From Chrysomallon squamiferum (Eukaryota; Animalia; Mollusca), in the NCBI GenBank assembly GCA_012295275.1, contig CM022671.1, positions 10,416,001 to 10,480,000 of the forward strand: a stretch of DNA of 64,000 nt. The letters are read 5' to 3'. Every line of letters starts with the position of its first letter. The first letter of the stretch is position 1. Below, piece by piece: positions 28,426-41,381 of the stretch. The notes beneath the pieces were generated by a model that saw only the letters and a program-made list of their open reading frames with translations, was not told the DNA's origin and searched no databases. Both the position numbers and the translations under genes were made by a program.

Positions 28426-29151
28426 GATATTTATTTAAAAAATAATGAGTTAAAATAATAAATAAGAATCAAATCAAATTGCATTTGAAATAACTTCATT
28501 TTTATGAATCATTGACTGTTTCTGCCAATAGCTGAGCATTGTTTCCAATTGCTGTAATGTTACACATTTATTCAGACATTTCTGATTAAATCATTCACAT
28601 TCTTGAAGTTTTGTTTAACTCATAGTTAACTAATCTTTTCAGATTTTTTGGAAATATAATTAAACTAAGTAATAAAAAAACAATTAATTTTGTTGAAAAG
28701 TGATTAAAAGAGAAAATAATAAATAACGAAATATACATTATTAAGAATAAATAAATTATAAAAATGTAGCCACAGTCATTAAGAATTAGAAAACAAAAAA
28801 GATAAGTAAAGAATTTTTTACTAGAAGTAAACAAACAAAAACAAACCACACCCTAAAAACAAACAAATCCAAACCAAAATTTAAATAGAAAGAAAATAAA
28901 TTTATAAAAAGGCATATGAAAAAACAAACACAATCGCTAAAAATTAAACAAAAAATTAAAATAATAATAACCTGAATCAGATATTGTTATGCAATGTGTA
29001 AACATGGTGTAATCAAGTGTGTAGACAATACAATAAGATAGAGAATTGATTATAAAAGTAATATATAAATAAATTAAAATTAAAATTAAAAAACTAACCC
29101 AAACTACAGAGCAAAGAGCCTGAATTAGATACTGTTATTTAATGTCTGGAC

Positions 29152-29187
<36 letters not shown>

Positions 29188-32100
29188 CATACTGAAAGCA
29201 AGTAAATAACCAAACAACAAAACAAACCACTTGATTCAGATACTACAAAACAACCTGAATGTCTTACTGTTATAACATGAACTAATATAATCTGCTTAGG
29301 TCAAATAAGCTATCATGTGTGCACATGTGTATATGAAAACAAACAGAACTGAATACTATAATCTAACAAAACAGTGCCATACTGTTATCAGCAGTGTGGA
29401 TTTCTAAGAAAATAACCTAAAGTAGACACTATTATTCAGAGTATAGATACTTTATCAAAACAACTTAAATCAGATACAGCCATCATGTGTTCACATAAAC
29501 TAATGAAATAACCTAAATGAGATAACATTAAATCATCTGATGATAATCTAATAAAATAATGTAGTCAGAGTCTAACAAAATATAAACATTGATAATGGTG
29601 TCAAACTTGTCGATAATCCAACAAATACAAATAAGATCCTGTTGTCGAGTTGAAGATAATCTGACAATAGTCTGAATCTGATTCTGTTATGTTGTGTCTT
29701 GATAATCCAACAAAATAATCACCAGCTACATCTAGAGTGGAATGTCAGAAAAATCACCTAAACTAGGTACTGCTATACAGTTAGAAGAAATCAATGAAAG
29801 CAACCTATATCACACATTTAAAACATATTATATTTACACATAATCTAAGAAACACCAGTTTAAATCAAACATTGCTGTGAAATATATAGACACGATTATC
29901 TAATGTTGATAATTGTCTAATAACAAATTTAAAAAAATAATAATACTAATGATAAAAATAATAAATCCTGCCTAAAAACATAACAACAAAAAGCCTGAAT
30001 CAGATAGAAAACAAAAACAGCAACAATAAGATACTAAAACCAAACCAAAAAAAAAAAACAAAAACAATGATAATAATAATAAAACAAAATAAAATAAAAT
30101 CAACAAAATATTAACAACAAAAAACACCTCAACAAAAATAAATAATAAATAATAACAGCCTGAATCAACTTTAATTCATTGTGTAGACAATAAAACAAAA
30201 AACTACAAAACAAACAAAAAAAAGATAATATAAAGATAAACGACAGTAAGTTACTACAAGTAAAACAAACAAAAACAAACAAAAAAAAATAAAAAACCCA
30301 AATAAGATTCAGACCTAATGACATACTATAATCCAGGGTGGAGACAAAAAAAAAAAGTCTAAATATATAAAACAAACCCCAAAATGTAACAAATAGCCTG
30401 AATTAGATATTGTAGTACAGTGTGTGAGACAATAATAATAATAAAAAAAAAAAAACAGATGCAAAAACAAATAATAAAAACAAAACCAAAAAATAAAATA
30501 AAAATCAGTAAATAAATAAAAACCAAAAAAGCTATCATCAGATATGTAATCCAGTGTCTAAACAAAAACCCACAAAAAAAAAAAAAAAAAAAAACCCCAA
30601 CAAACAATAGATACCAAAAGCAAACAAAAACAAAAATATAAATAATAAAACAAAAAGTCTGAAGCAGATACTGTTATTCACTGTGTAACCAATTAAAAAA
30701 ACAACATACTGAAAGCAAGTAAATAAACAAACAACAAAACAAACAGCCTGATTCAGATACTACAAAACAACCTGAATGACTTACTGTTATAACATGAAAT
30801 AATATAATCCACTTAAGTCAAATAATTTATTACGTCTATAGATAATCTAAGACAATGATCTGATTCAGATATAGTTATCTTTAAAAAAAAACCAACATGA
30901 ATTGGATACTTTTATCATGTGTTTAGATAATCCAACAAAAGACCTGTTACGCACTGTTTAGATGAAAGCAATCAAACTGAATTGGATAATGTTATTATCT
31001 TAATAATCCAACACAACAGTGCCATACTGTTATCAGTAGTGTAGTTTTCTAAGAAAATAACCTAACATAGACACTATCATTCAGTGTGTAGATAATTTAT
31101 CCACACAAATCAGCTATCATGTGTACACTTAAATCAAATAGAGCTATCATGTGTGCACATAACCTAATGAGATAGTGTTATCTAGTCTGAAGATAATCTA
31201 ATGAAATAATGTGCACATAATCTAACAAAACATCAAACTAAAAAATGGTGCATTAAATAAAAAAGCTAATCAAAACAATAACAAAAAAAAGGAAAACAAA
31301 AACAAAAACAGACATAGAAAAAAAGAGACAAAAAACCATTAAAAATTAAACTTCAAAAGTCTGAATTGGTTATTGTAATCCAATATGTAGACAGTGGTAA
31401 ACAACAATAAGTTACTGTTATCTAGTGTAGATAATAAACAGCATAATAAGTAAACAAAAAACAATTAAAAAAAATCAAAACATCACAAAAGCCTGAAACA
31501 GTTAGTTATCTAATGTGTAGACAATAAAATAATAATAATTAAAAAAAAACAGATACTAAGAGAAAAAATTAAATAAATAAAAAATATATAATAACAAAAA
31601 AACTTAATCAGATATTGTAATCAAGTGTGCAGATAAAAAAAAAAACCTAGATATTATAGGCAAAAGTGAAACAACAACAAAAAATAAATATATAAAACTA
31701 ATAATAAAAACATTTAAAATAATAAACCCACTTAAAATATATGAATCAGATGCTACAATCCAGTGTGTGACATGTACTAACTGCAAATAATAAAAAAAAA
31801 ATCATAAACAAATCCAAATAAATATCACACAAAGAAATAACCTTAATCAGACAACCAGATATTACAAGTTTAAAAAACAACAAAAAATGAATCCCTAATT
31901 CCATACTATTACGCAGTATGTCAACAATTAAAAAGATACTAAAAAAAACTAAGAAAGAAAAAAAATAGCCTGAATCAGATACCATAATTCAGTGTGTAGA
32001 CAATTAAAAAAAAACAGATACTAAGAGAAAAAAAGTTAAAGTAAAAAAAAACTATCCCACTAAAAGGGGAAAAAATTAAATATATTAATAAATGCAATAA

Positions 32101-32348
32101 AATACAATGAATCACATATTGTTACCAGGTGTAAACAATAAAAAAGAACCCCAGATATTACAAGTAAACCAAAAAATAACACAAAAAATCAACTGACCAC
32201 CCCAAAACTACAACCTTCATCCCGAATTCCATACTATTTTGCAATATGTAGACAATGAAAAAGAGTGATCAGATATAAAAAAAAAACAAAAAGAAAAGAA
32301 AAGAAAAGTAACAACCTGAATCAGATACCATATTCCAGTGTGTAGACA

Positions 32349-32984
32349 GTGTCTTCCCATCTGGTACAATTCCCAGTTCATATAATTCCCATTTCGTAGA
32401 AAAAACTCATCTACTGCAATACCTGATCACCTCTGTATAGAATGAACTTGGCGTGTACATACATCTGGTTTCTTTCTAACATTCAGAGGTGGAGTGCATT
32501 GTTCCTAAATCAGTTATGTAACATCAAAGGAAAGCAGAATAAGCATTCACTTTTGTTTTAGATTTTTTTTCCTTTTTCATTATTATCATCATCATCTTCT
32601 TCCGTTACAAAACAATTTTACATCAATTTCATCTATCTATTAAAAAAAAGAGAAAAAAAAGTGGCACAATGTTTTTTTTTGTTAATTCTCATGGCTTGCT
32701 TCTGTAAAAGAAAACGACAAAAATATTATAAATATATAAATATATATTAGGAGCGCATTGTTCCTAAATCAGTTATGTAACATCAAAGGAAAGCAGAATA
32801 AGCATTCACTTTTGTTTTAGATTTTTCCTTTTTCATTATTATCATCATCATCTTCTTCCTTCTCGTTATCATCATCATAATCATCATCATCAACATTATT
32901 ATTATTATATTATTATTACTATTATTATTGTTGTTATTATTATTATTATTGTTATTAGTATTCAGATTCTTCTTATTCTTATTC

Positions 32985-33033
<49 letters not shown>

Positions 33034-34459
33034 GATTATTATTATTATTATTATTATTATTTAAACTGGTCATGTCTAATTCACAAACATTTCCGTTACA
33101 AAACAATTTTACATCAATTTCATCTATCTATTAAAAAAAAAAAAATAAGTGGCACAATGTTTTTTTTGTTAATTCTCATGGCTTGCTTCTGTAAAAGAAA
33201 ACGACAAAAATATTATAAATATATAATTTTAATCAGCAATATAATTTAAGAAAAACATATTTTACATTCGAGTAATTCATTTATATTCACTAAATAGAAT
33301 ATGTGACCGTTACCTTTATCATTAACTGTTCTAATTAAACCATATTCAGCTTAAACATGTTCAAGACATGTTACTCAGCATATTTACATTATGCACACAT
33401 ACATATTCACATTGTGCACATATTATACAATATATGTGACATATTATATTAATAGTATGTACACTAAAGATATTATAACCTGCAAATACTTTGGCTATGA
33501 CTGAAAAAGTTTATACGAAGGACCAAATCACTGGGAATACTTTTAGATGAATACCTTCTTTTTTAATTATTTACATTCACTACATTCAATACATAGATTA
33601 TTTCAATATTTTTTATATTTGCATACTTTATACGATAAGCGATATCCATACTACAATAAAACCTCAGATTAAATATGTAGTTGGTTCCAAATTTCCGATC
33701 GTTAAGTGAGGTATTGTTAAGCGGGAGACTAATTTACATAGAATTAAGGTTAAAAGCAGTGGTTACTTTCTCTCTGATGATATTTCACATAAAAAAGGTA
33801 AAATAAGGAGAAATAAAATGGCAGTTTAGACATAAATGATTTAATAGATTATAGATATTAAGTAAAGAGTAAATCATTTACAAATAAATTTATACAAATA
33901 CATTAAGAAATAATTATATGGCGCTCATTGTGGGTTCCTCTTTGTGGGTTTTGGATTCATTTAAGATCATGTATTTTGTTTCTAAAGTTATTGTCTTCCC
34001 ATTCTTTTTATCATCAGCATTTGCCATATTCTTTTTGACATATTGGAAGGGTAAATTACAAATGAGTTTAAGTGTAAATTGAAGCAGAAGAGAAAAGTGA
34101 ATCAGAATATAAGATGCACCTATGACCTGTCATCTGATCAACACAGCTGACAGAAGCTCGTGAATGAATGAAAAACAAAAGAAAACGGACTTAAAAACAT
34201 GCATTTTATCCATTTGTATCATTTATTTTGAGCAATTAACTATTAAATTTCTATTTATATAATTTGTAAAGAAAAAAGATCGTTAAAGCAGGATATCGTT
34301 AAGCGAGATATTACTGTATTTATACAATAATAATCGCTTTCCAAATAATCTGGAACAGTTCATTATAATGAGTGAGGTAAAACCAAGCATGTAAATAAGA
34401 CCACTGAACCATATTTAGCCTTTTGAATGAAATGGGAATTCTACCAGAAGGGAGTAAGC
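32349..34459. mobile_element. Non-autonomous Mutator-like (MULE) DNA element, 2111 bp
   Basis: Direct repeat TGTGTAGACA at 32339-32348 and 34460-34469 splits a family B core. Inverted ends ...CCCATCTGGTACAATTCCCAGTTCA and TGAAATGGGAATTCTACCAGAAGGG...; G...C termini; no transposase ORF. Confidence 0.7.
33654..34316. mobile_element. Degenerate Tigger/pogo-type MITE nested in the MULE
   Basis: TA|CAATAAAACCTCAGATTAA ... TTAAGCGAGATATTACTG|TA. Paired subterminal ATCGTTAA..TAT(C/T)GTTAAGCG motifs at about 33698-33727 and 34279-34307. Confidence 0.45.
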
Positions 34460-35069
34460 TGTGTAGACAATAAAGACAACAGATACTAACAGAAAAAAGA
34501 AAAAAGAACACTAAAAAACACACTCCTCCACCAGAAAAAAGAAAGAAAAAGCCTGAATTCCATACTATTATCAGTTGTGTAAACAACTAAAAAACAACAA
34601 TCAAATACTAAAACACAAACAAACAAACAAATAAACAAAAATAAAACCCCAAAATGTAACAAAAAGCTTGAATCAGATACTGTAATCCAGTGTGGACTAT
34701 AAAAAATAACAATTATATACTAAAAAAAACAAAAAAAAAAAACAACCACCTGAATCAGATACTATTATCCACTGTTTAGGCAATAAGAAACAACAATAAG
34801 ATACTAAAATAAATAAATAAAAATAAGTAAAAAAAAAAAAAAACAGAATAAAAAAATGAATAAAAAGCAAATGCCAAAAGACTATATCAGATACTGTTAT
34901 TATGATATCTTGACAATAACACAAAAACAAAAACAAACAAAATAAATATATAAAAATGAAACACAAAAAAAAACCCAAAACACACTGGCCTGAATCAGAT
35001 ACTGTAATCCAATAAAGAAAAAAAGTAAGTGAGATCTTTTTATCCAGTATTTAGATATTACAACAAAAG

Positions 35070-35520
35070 AATGTGAATCAGATACTGTCAGTGTGTTGGA
35101 TACACTGTGAAACTAACATGAATCACTCACTGTTATAGTGTTTGTAGATAGTCTAACAAAGTAGCTGAAAGTTACATAAATCAGATACTGTGCCAGTGTG
35201 TTGGATAGACTGTGAAACTAACATGAATCAGATACTGTGTCAGTGTGTTGGATACACTGAAACTAACATGAATCACTACTGTTATAGTGTTTGTAGATAG
35301 TCTAACAAAGTAGCTGAAAGTTACATAAATCAGATACTGTGTCAGTGTGTTAGATACACTGTGAAACTAACATAAATCAGATACTGTGTCAGTGTGTTGG
35401 ATACACTGTGAAACTAACATGAATCAGATACTGTGTCAGTGTGTTGGATACACTGTGAAACTAACATGAATCACTCACTGTTATAGTGTATGTAGATAGT
35501 CTAACAAAGTAGCTGAAAGT
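35070..35520 (+). repeat. Homogeneous 47-bp minisatellite related to the family B core
   Basis: AACTAACATGAATCAGATACTGTGTCAGTGTGTTGGATACACTGTGA in tandem, alternating with a variant unit. Confidence 0.88.
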
Positions 35521-37939
35521 TATTGAATATATAAATAATATTTACATACGTATTAGTTTCTGCCTCATTTTCATACTTATACACAACTGTACATAAATCA
35601 GATACTGCTACTAACTAAACAACCCCATCATTGTTATCCAGTGTATAGATATTCCAAGAAAAGAACCAAAATTGCATACAGTGTGTGGCTTCTGTTACCA
35701 AGTGGGCAAATAATGCAGCAAAGAAACAGTTTTTTTGAGTACATACACAATTCAACAAATACACCCTGATACTATTAACATCTATTAAGACATTCAAGGT
35801 GAATTAAAAACCTATTTATTATAATGTTTGATTTTTCTACATGTACAAAAGAATTAAGAAAAAATTAAATGAGTTACGCATTTTTATTTCATTAATAGTT
35901 ATTACATATATTTCATCTGACAATATAACTGGCTCTAGCTTATAGATAATTTAATAAAACACAAAGCACATACTGATATCCAGTCTGTAAATAACTGATA
36001 AAAGAATCTGAATGATATAATGTTATCACATATGTAGGTATAATCAAACAATCAAAATAAATCAGATATTACTATGAAGTATAAATCATTTTATGAAATA
36101 AACCAAATCATACACTGTTACCCATAATGTAGAACCACAAAAAAAAAAAAAAAAAAAAAAAAAAATTAAATGAGATAATTATCTAGTGTGTAGATGCAGC
36201 TACAAGAGAACCTGAATCAGATACTGTAAACCAGTGAGTTGACAACAACAAAAAAAAAAAAAAATAAATAAAACAAACAAAAAAAACCTGCACAAATCAC
36301 ATACTGTTATCCAATATATAGACAATAAAGAAACAATACTAAAAAGCAAGCCAAAAAAAAAAAAAAAATAAATAATAATAAAATGAAACAAAATAACCTG
36401 GAAATAAAACAACAAAATAAAAAAGATATATTATAAAAAATAAAAAAAATCCAAATATCACATAAAAAAACAATCAGATACTAAAAAAGCAAATGAACCC
36501 CCAAAAAAAAAAAAAAAAAAAAAACAATAATAAATAAAAAAAAAAAAATAAAGAAAATTGCAAACCCCCAAAGTAACAGACGAGTCGAATGCTGTAATCC
36601 AGTGTGTAGACAAAAAAATAAATAAATAAAATAAAATAATAAAAGCAAACCCATAACACCTAACAAACTGCCTTAATCAGATACTAAAGGGGGTGGGGAA
36701 ATAATTTTAAAAGTATAAAAGCAAACCATCCCCCAGAAAAATAACAAACAGCTGGAATCACCTAATGTTATCAATGTTTCAGATATAAAAAGGGAAAATA
36801 AATAAAGAAAAAAGAAAAAAAAAAAACTAAATATATAACAAAAAGCCTGAATCAGATACTGTAATCCAGTGTGTAGATAATCCCAACAAAAAACCAAGAT
36901 AAGATTCTGTTAACTAGCTGAAGATAATAAGACAATTAGTCTGAATCAGATACTATTATAGTTTGTGTTGACAAAACAAAACAGTTACATAATAAATCAC
37001 ATAATAATATCAAGAGTATGGAATGTCTGAGAAAAAAACAATCTAAATTAGGTATTGCTATACAGAAAAAAGCATGCAAGACTGAGTCCACTTCACTACA
37101 TACAACACATAACAGAGAGGGTACAATCTTCCAGTCATACTGGTTTCTTCTCACTGCAATTGTATAATGAATTGATTTAAAAATTATGTATAAAATCAGT
37201 GTTTTCAATATATCCAGAATTTAAAAGATAATTTTGATACACACACACACACACATACAAATTTTTTGAAGAAATTATCATAAGAGAGACCATTCAGTTC
37301 TTAGAAAACTTTGTATCAATTATTTTTACATAAACACAATTTCCTGACTGAATATTACTACAACACTAGCTATTTCCTATGTCACCTTTGTTTAAACAAT
37401 TTAATTAATGTTCCAGATATTTAACATTATGAATGACAGAGACTTAAAAGATAATTCAGGATAATAGAAGTTTGAACCTGATTTAACTGATAGTTCTCTT
37501 TAATCAAAAGAACTGCTGAAATCATTGCACTAATTTCATTATTCAAGTAAGATTAAATATTTCTTCATACTAATCCAGTGTCGATATTAATCCGTGCAAC
37601 AAGCATTTGTTGTTGAGCTTAGTCTTCTAAACTGACTAAAAGACAAAATAATAAATAATAAAACACATGTTATTAAAAATAAATTATAAAAATGTACTCA
37701 CAGTCATTAAGATTCTAAAAAAAATACAGTAAGAAGGAAACAATGCAACACTTCTAATCAGACTGAGTTACATTTTGAACAAAACAGAAAATCAATTAGC
37801 ATTGCTTTGAAACTACTGTTATATTTATATATAATTCAAGAAACTACTCAAAATAATAGATCAAGTATGTATTATTATGATTACAGTTTATCAGATCCTA
37901 TGACATTCTATCATAAACTCAAAAACAACACTTAACTTT

Positions 37940-38195
37940 CACTACCAGAAAGGAGAAATGACAAGCAGGGATATTATAAATTTAAAAATATAAAATAATG
38001 ACATCGGTAATATTGCACTGCCCGTGATATTATTGATATATTGGTGATGATCTCAAATTTGACAGACGTGTTAGAGAAAACCTGCTCAATCTCTAACAGA
38101 CTTGTCCATTAACTAAATCTGTTATAAATTCATTGATTTCTTATAGTTAATTTCTTCTTTTACCTGCTTTGTCAAATTTCCTTTTTCTTGGAGTG
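37940..38195 (+). mobile_element. 256-bp fold-back cassette, copy 7
   Basis: Same ends and hairpins. Confidence 0.6.
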
Positions 38196-40658
38196 GATAT
38201 TTATTTAAAAAATAATGAGTTAAAATAATAAATAAGAATCAAATCAAATTGCATTTGAAATAACTTCATTTTTGTGAATCATTGACTTTCTGGCAATAGC
38301 TGAGCATTGTTTCCAATTGCTGTAATGTTACACATTTATTCAGACATTTCTGATTAAATCATTCACATTCTTAAAGTTTTGTTTAACTCATAGTTAACTT
38401 ATCTTTTCAGATTTTTTGGAAATAGAATGTAAACTAAGTAATAAAAAACAATTCTGTAACATTAACTTTTGTTTAAAAACCTCAATTAAGCTTATTTTTC
38501 AGGAATATAGAGCTTTAGGAAATATAATCAACTGAAATACTATATGATTATTATTATTATTATTTAGCAATTTTTTTCTATAGTCCATTAAATTTTGAAA
38601 ATAGTGTAGAGAAACTGACAAATTGACAAAAATATATCCGATAAAATAACAAATCTAAAATGTAACCTTATTTCAGATTTTAGAAATTAGAAACCATTTC
38701 AACTGATAGTTCTTTTAATCAAAAGAGTTGCTGAAAATAATAAATAATAAAACATATTATTAAAAATGAATAAATTATAAAAGTTTAGCTGCAGTAGGCA
38801 AGATTTATTAAAAGAAAAAATAGTATGAAGAACACAATTCATACATTCAAATCAGATTGAGTTAAATTTTCAACAAAAATATAAATCTTACTTAGTAATT
38901 AATTTGAAACTAGGGGTATCTTTGTAATTAATTCAAGAAACTACTGAGAACAATGGTTTAAATATGTATTACCATAATTACAATTTATCTCAATATCTCA
39001 ATGTGAACTAAGTAATAAAAAAAAAAAAAAAAAAGATATAAAAGAAATAAAAGGAAAAGAGAAATTTTTTTTGAGAAAGACAAAAAAATAAATCATTTCA
39101 GGAGTATGAAAATAAAAAAAATGAATCAGATGCCATAATCCAGTGTATTATTAATAAAAATTAACAACAGATACTGAAAGAAAAACAAAACTCAAAAACA
39201 AACTCCTCCAATGAAAAAAAAAGACTCAAAAGAACCTGAATCATATATTGTTATCTAATGTTTTTTGAAATTTAGAAAGGACAATAATCAATTAACTAAA
39301 AACAAAAAGAATAGGTCTGAATCAGATACTAAAAAAAATGGAGCAAAAATATAAAAAAAAAAAAAATGAAAACCAAATAAGTAATCTGCACCCTGAATCA
39401 CATGCTGTTACTCAATGTGTTGACAATAAAAAAACAAAAACAATAAACAATCTGAAACTAAAACCATCAAGCAAGCAAACACACACAAAAATATATACAT
39501 GAAAATAAATTAATCTAAAAACAAACACAAAGCTAATAAAAGCCTGAATCAGGTAGTATAATCCAGTGTATAGACAATAAGAACCGGACAAAACGAGAAC
39601 AACAGATAATAATAAAAAAGTCAAACAGTGTTTTATATAGTTATTGAATAAGCATAATGAAATTAAATTGTGATGAGCAGATGCTGTTGGTAAATATGTT
39701 TTCACATAAATAATTAATAAATTTCAGTGTATCTAATTTATATGTCTTTCATGCACATAATATTTTTGGCTTTCCAAAATTTGCAAGATCTAGAAATAAA
39801 AACAACAACAACAAAAACCAACAACAATAAACAGTCTTTTAATGTATATTCTTTTTATTATAATTATTCTTTTTTTTTTTTTTTTTTTTCAGCTTTATTA
39901 AATAGTAGGTAGTACTGATGCCAGACCATTTATGAAGGAAAAATAATAAATAAAAAATAAAAAAAATGCCTGAACCAGATACAGTTAAACATTTTTTTTT
40001 ATAAAAGATACTAAAAGGAAAAAATAATTGAAAAAACCACCCTCCTCAGAAAAAACACCTGAATCATATATTGTAAACACACAAAAGCAAAATAAATAAA
40101 AAAACAAATCCATATACTGGAATGCAGTGTACAGACAATAACAAACAACAATAATCAGATACTAAAAGAAAACAAAAGAAAAGAAGAAAAAGTCACAAAA
40201 ATACAGAAAAAGAACAAAAAAAAAAAAAAAAAAAAAAAATAAATAAATAAAAAATAAACAAGCCCAAAATACATAGCAAACAGCCTGAATCAGATATGTT
40301 ATCCAAAGTTTAGACCAAAAAATAAAAAATAGAAGATAATAAAAGCAGAAAAAAGATAATAATAAAAGAAAAAAAAGAAGAAAATAATAAATAAATGAAT
40401 AACCCTTCAAAACATAACAACAAACAGCTAGAATTATTAACAAATTATCACATTTATAAAGGAGATCAGGTGGAACCAAACTTACAGCTCGACTGATCAA
40501 GATTATCGAAAAATAAACAATAAAAACCTTTTGAGTCAGTGAGTGCATCATTAAGTCAAACATTTTCTTCCTTCTGAATACATGCACATATATACATAAT
40601 TAAACACAAATAAACACACACAGACTATTATGCTGTGGATTATTAAAAAGATAATAAC

Positions 40659-40689
<31 letters not shown>

Positions 40690-40690
<1 letters not shown>

Positions 40691-41317
40691 TAACAATAGT
40701 AAAGAAAAGAAAAGATATTTACTGATTTAGAAACAAACACTTAAAATTAATAAATTACTTTTATTGACATAAACTCTTGCTTTCATTTGAAAATTCAGTA
40801 TGATAAGAAAGTGAGAAACAGATATTATATATTTATTTCATATGTTTTATTTATAAAGAAATCACAGTTTATGAGTTGATATTATTAATAGAAAGCCAGG
40901 TATTTTATTTCAATTCTTTTACTTGTTTAACTTCATCTGACGTGACAAGCTGACCTGTTTGACCAGTCAGCTTGTTTCTGTTCACACCACAGAGCTGTCA
41001 TACTGACAGGACAGCTTCAGTCTGCACTCTAAAATGTTATTGTTAAGTGTCATGCTTCAGTAACCACTGGCTGGCAAAGTGAGTTGTTCTGTCACCAGGT
41101 GACAATGTTACAATTTAATACCACTGTGTGAGTTCTAAACACCATTATTTGGTTTTGACACTGTTGAAGTAAGTGAAAGAAAATTCAACAGAAAACAACA
41201 ATTGACTCTTTTTGGGATGTTTGGTGGCTGTTCGTCAATCATAAGTTTGAAAAGTAAGTTAGTAGAAGATACATACTAGAATAGAATCGATTTACCTTCC
41301 AAATAAATGTATTTTTA
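40690..41317 (+). repeat. Third, more diverged copy of the ~620-bp block also at about 5390-6015 and 58705-59330
   Basis: Direct alignment at an offset of about 35300 (e.g. 5790-5804 vs 41090-41104). Confidence 0.9.
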
Positions 41318-41381
41318 ATTTTTGAAATATAATTATTGCATTATGTAACACGCTGTGTAAATTTTCTTTCATTTATTTCAG

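Larger units (their letters stand above)
22600..40320 (+). repeat. Interrupted array of ~38-bp cores (approx. CCTGAATCAGATACTGTWATCCAGTGTGTAGACAATAA) with variable A-rich spacers (family B)
   Basis: Dozens of same-orientation cores, e.g. near 22884, 23308, 23533, 23739, 27018, 27436, 31969, 34749, 36846, 39543 and 40284. Blocks at about 22600-23870, 25450-27880, 28960-32348, 34460-37080 and 39120-40320. Degenerate copies at about 7230-7660 and 57060-57500. Confidence 0.85.

Noticed and set aside
32783-33106. Poly-Asn ORF
   Set aside because: Translation of a (TTA)n microsatellite.
22600-40320. True CRISPR array
   Set aside because: Eukaryotic context, no cas genes, degenerate repeats, and low-complexity spacers of irregular length.
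19816-40587. Many F/L/I-rich minus-strand ORFs resembling membrane proteins
   Set aside because: They are translations of the T-rich strand of low-complexity repeats.
40937-41036. H/ACA snoRNA (hairpin, ACACCA, hairpin)
   Set aside because: Short, no ACA box at the expected position, and the H box is lost in the 5.7-kb copy.
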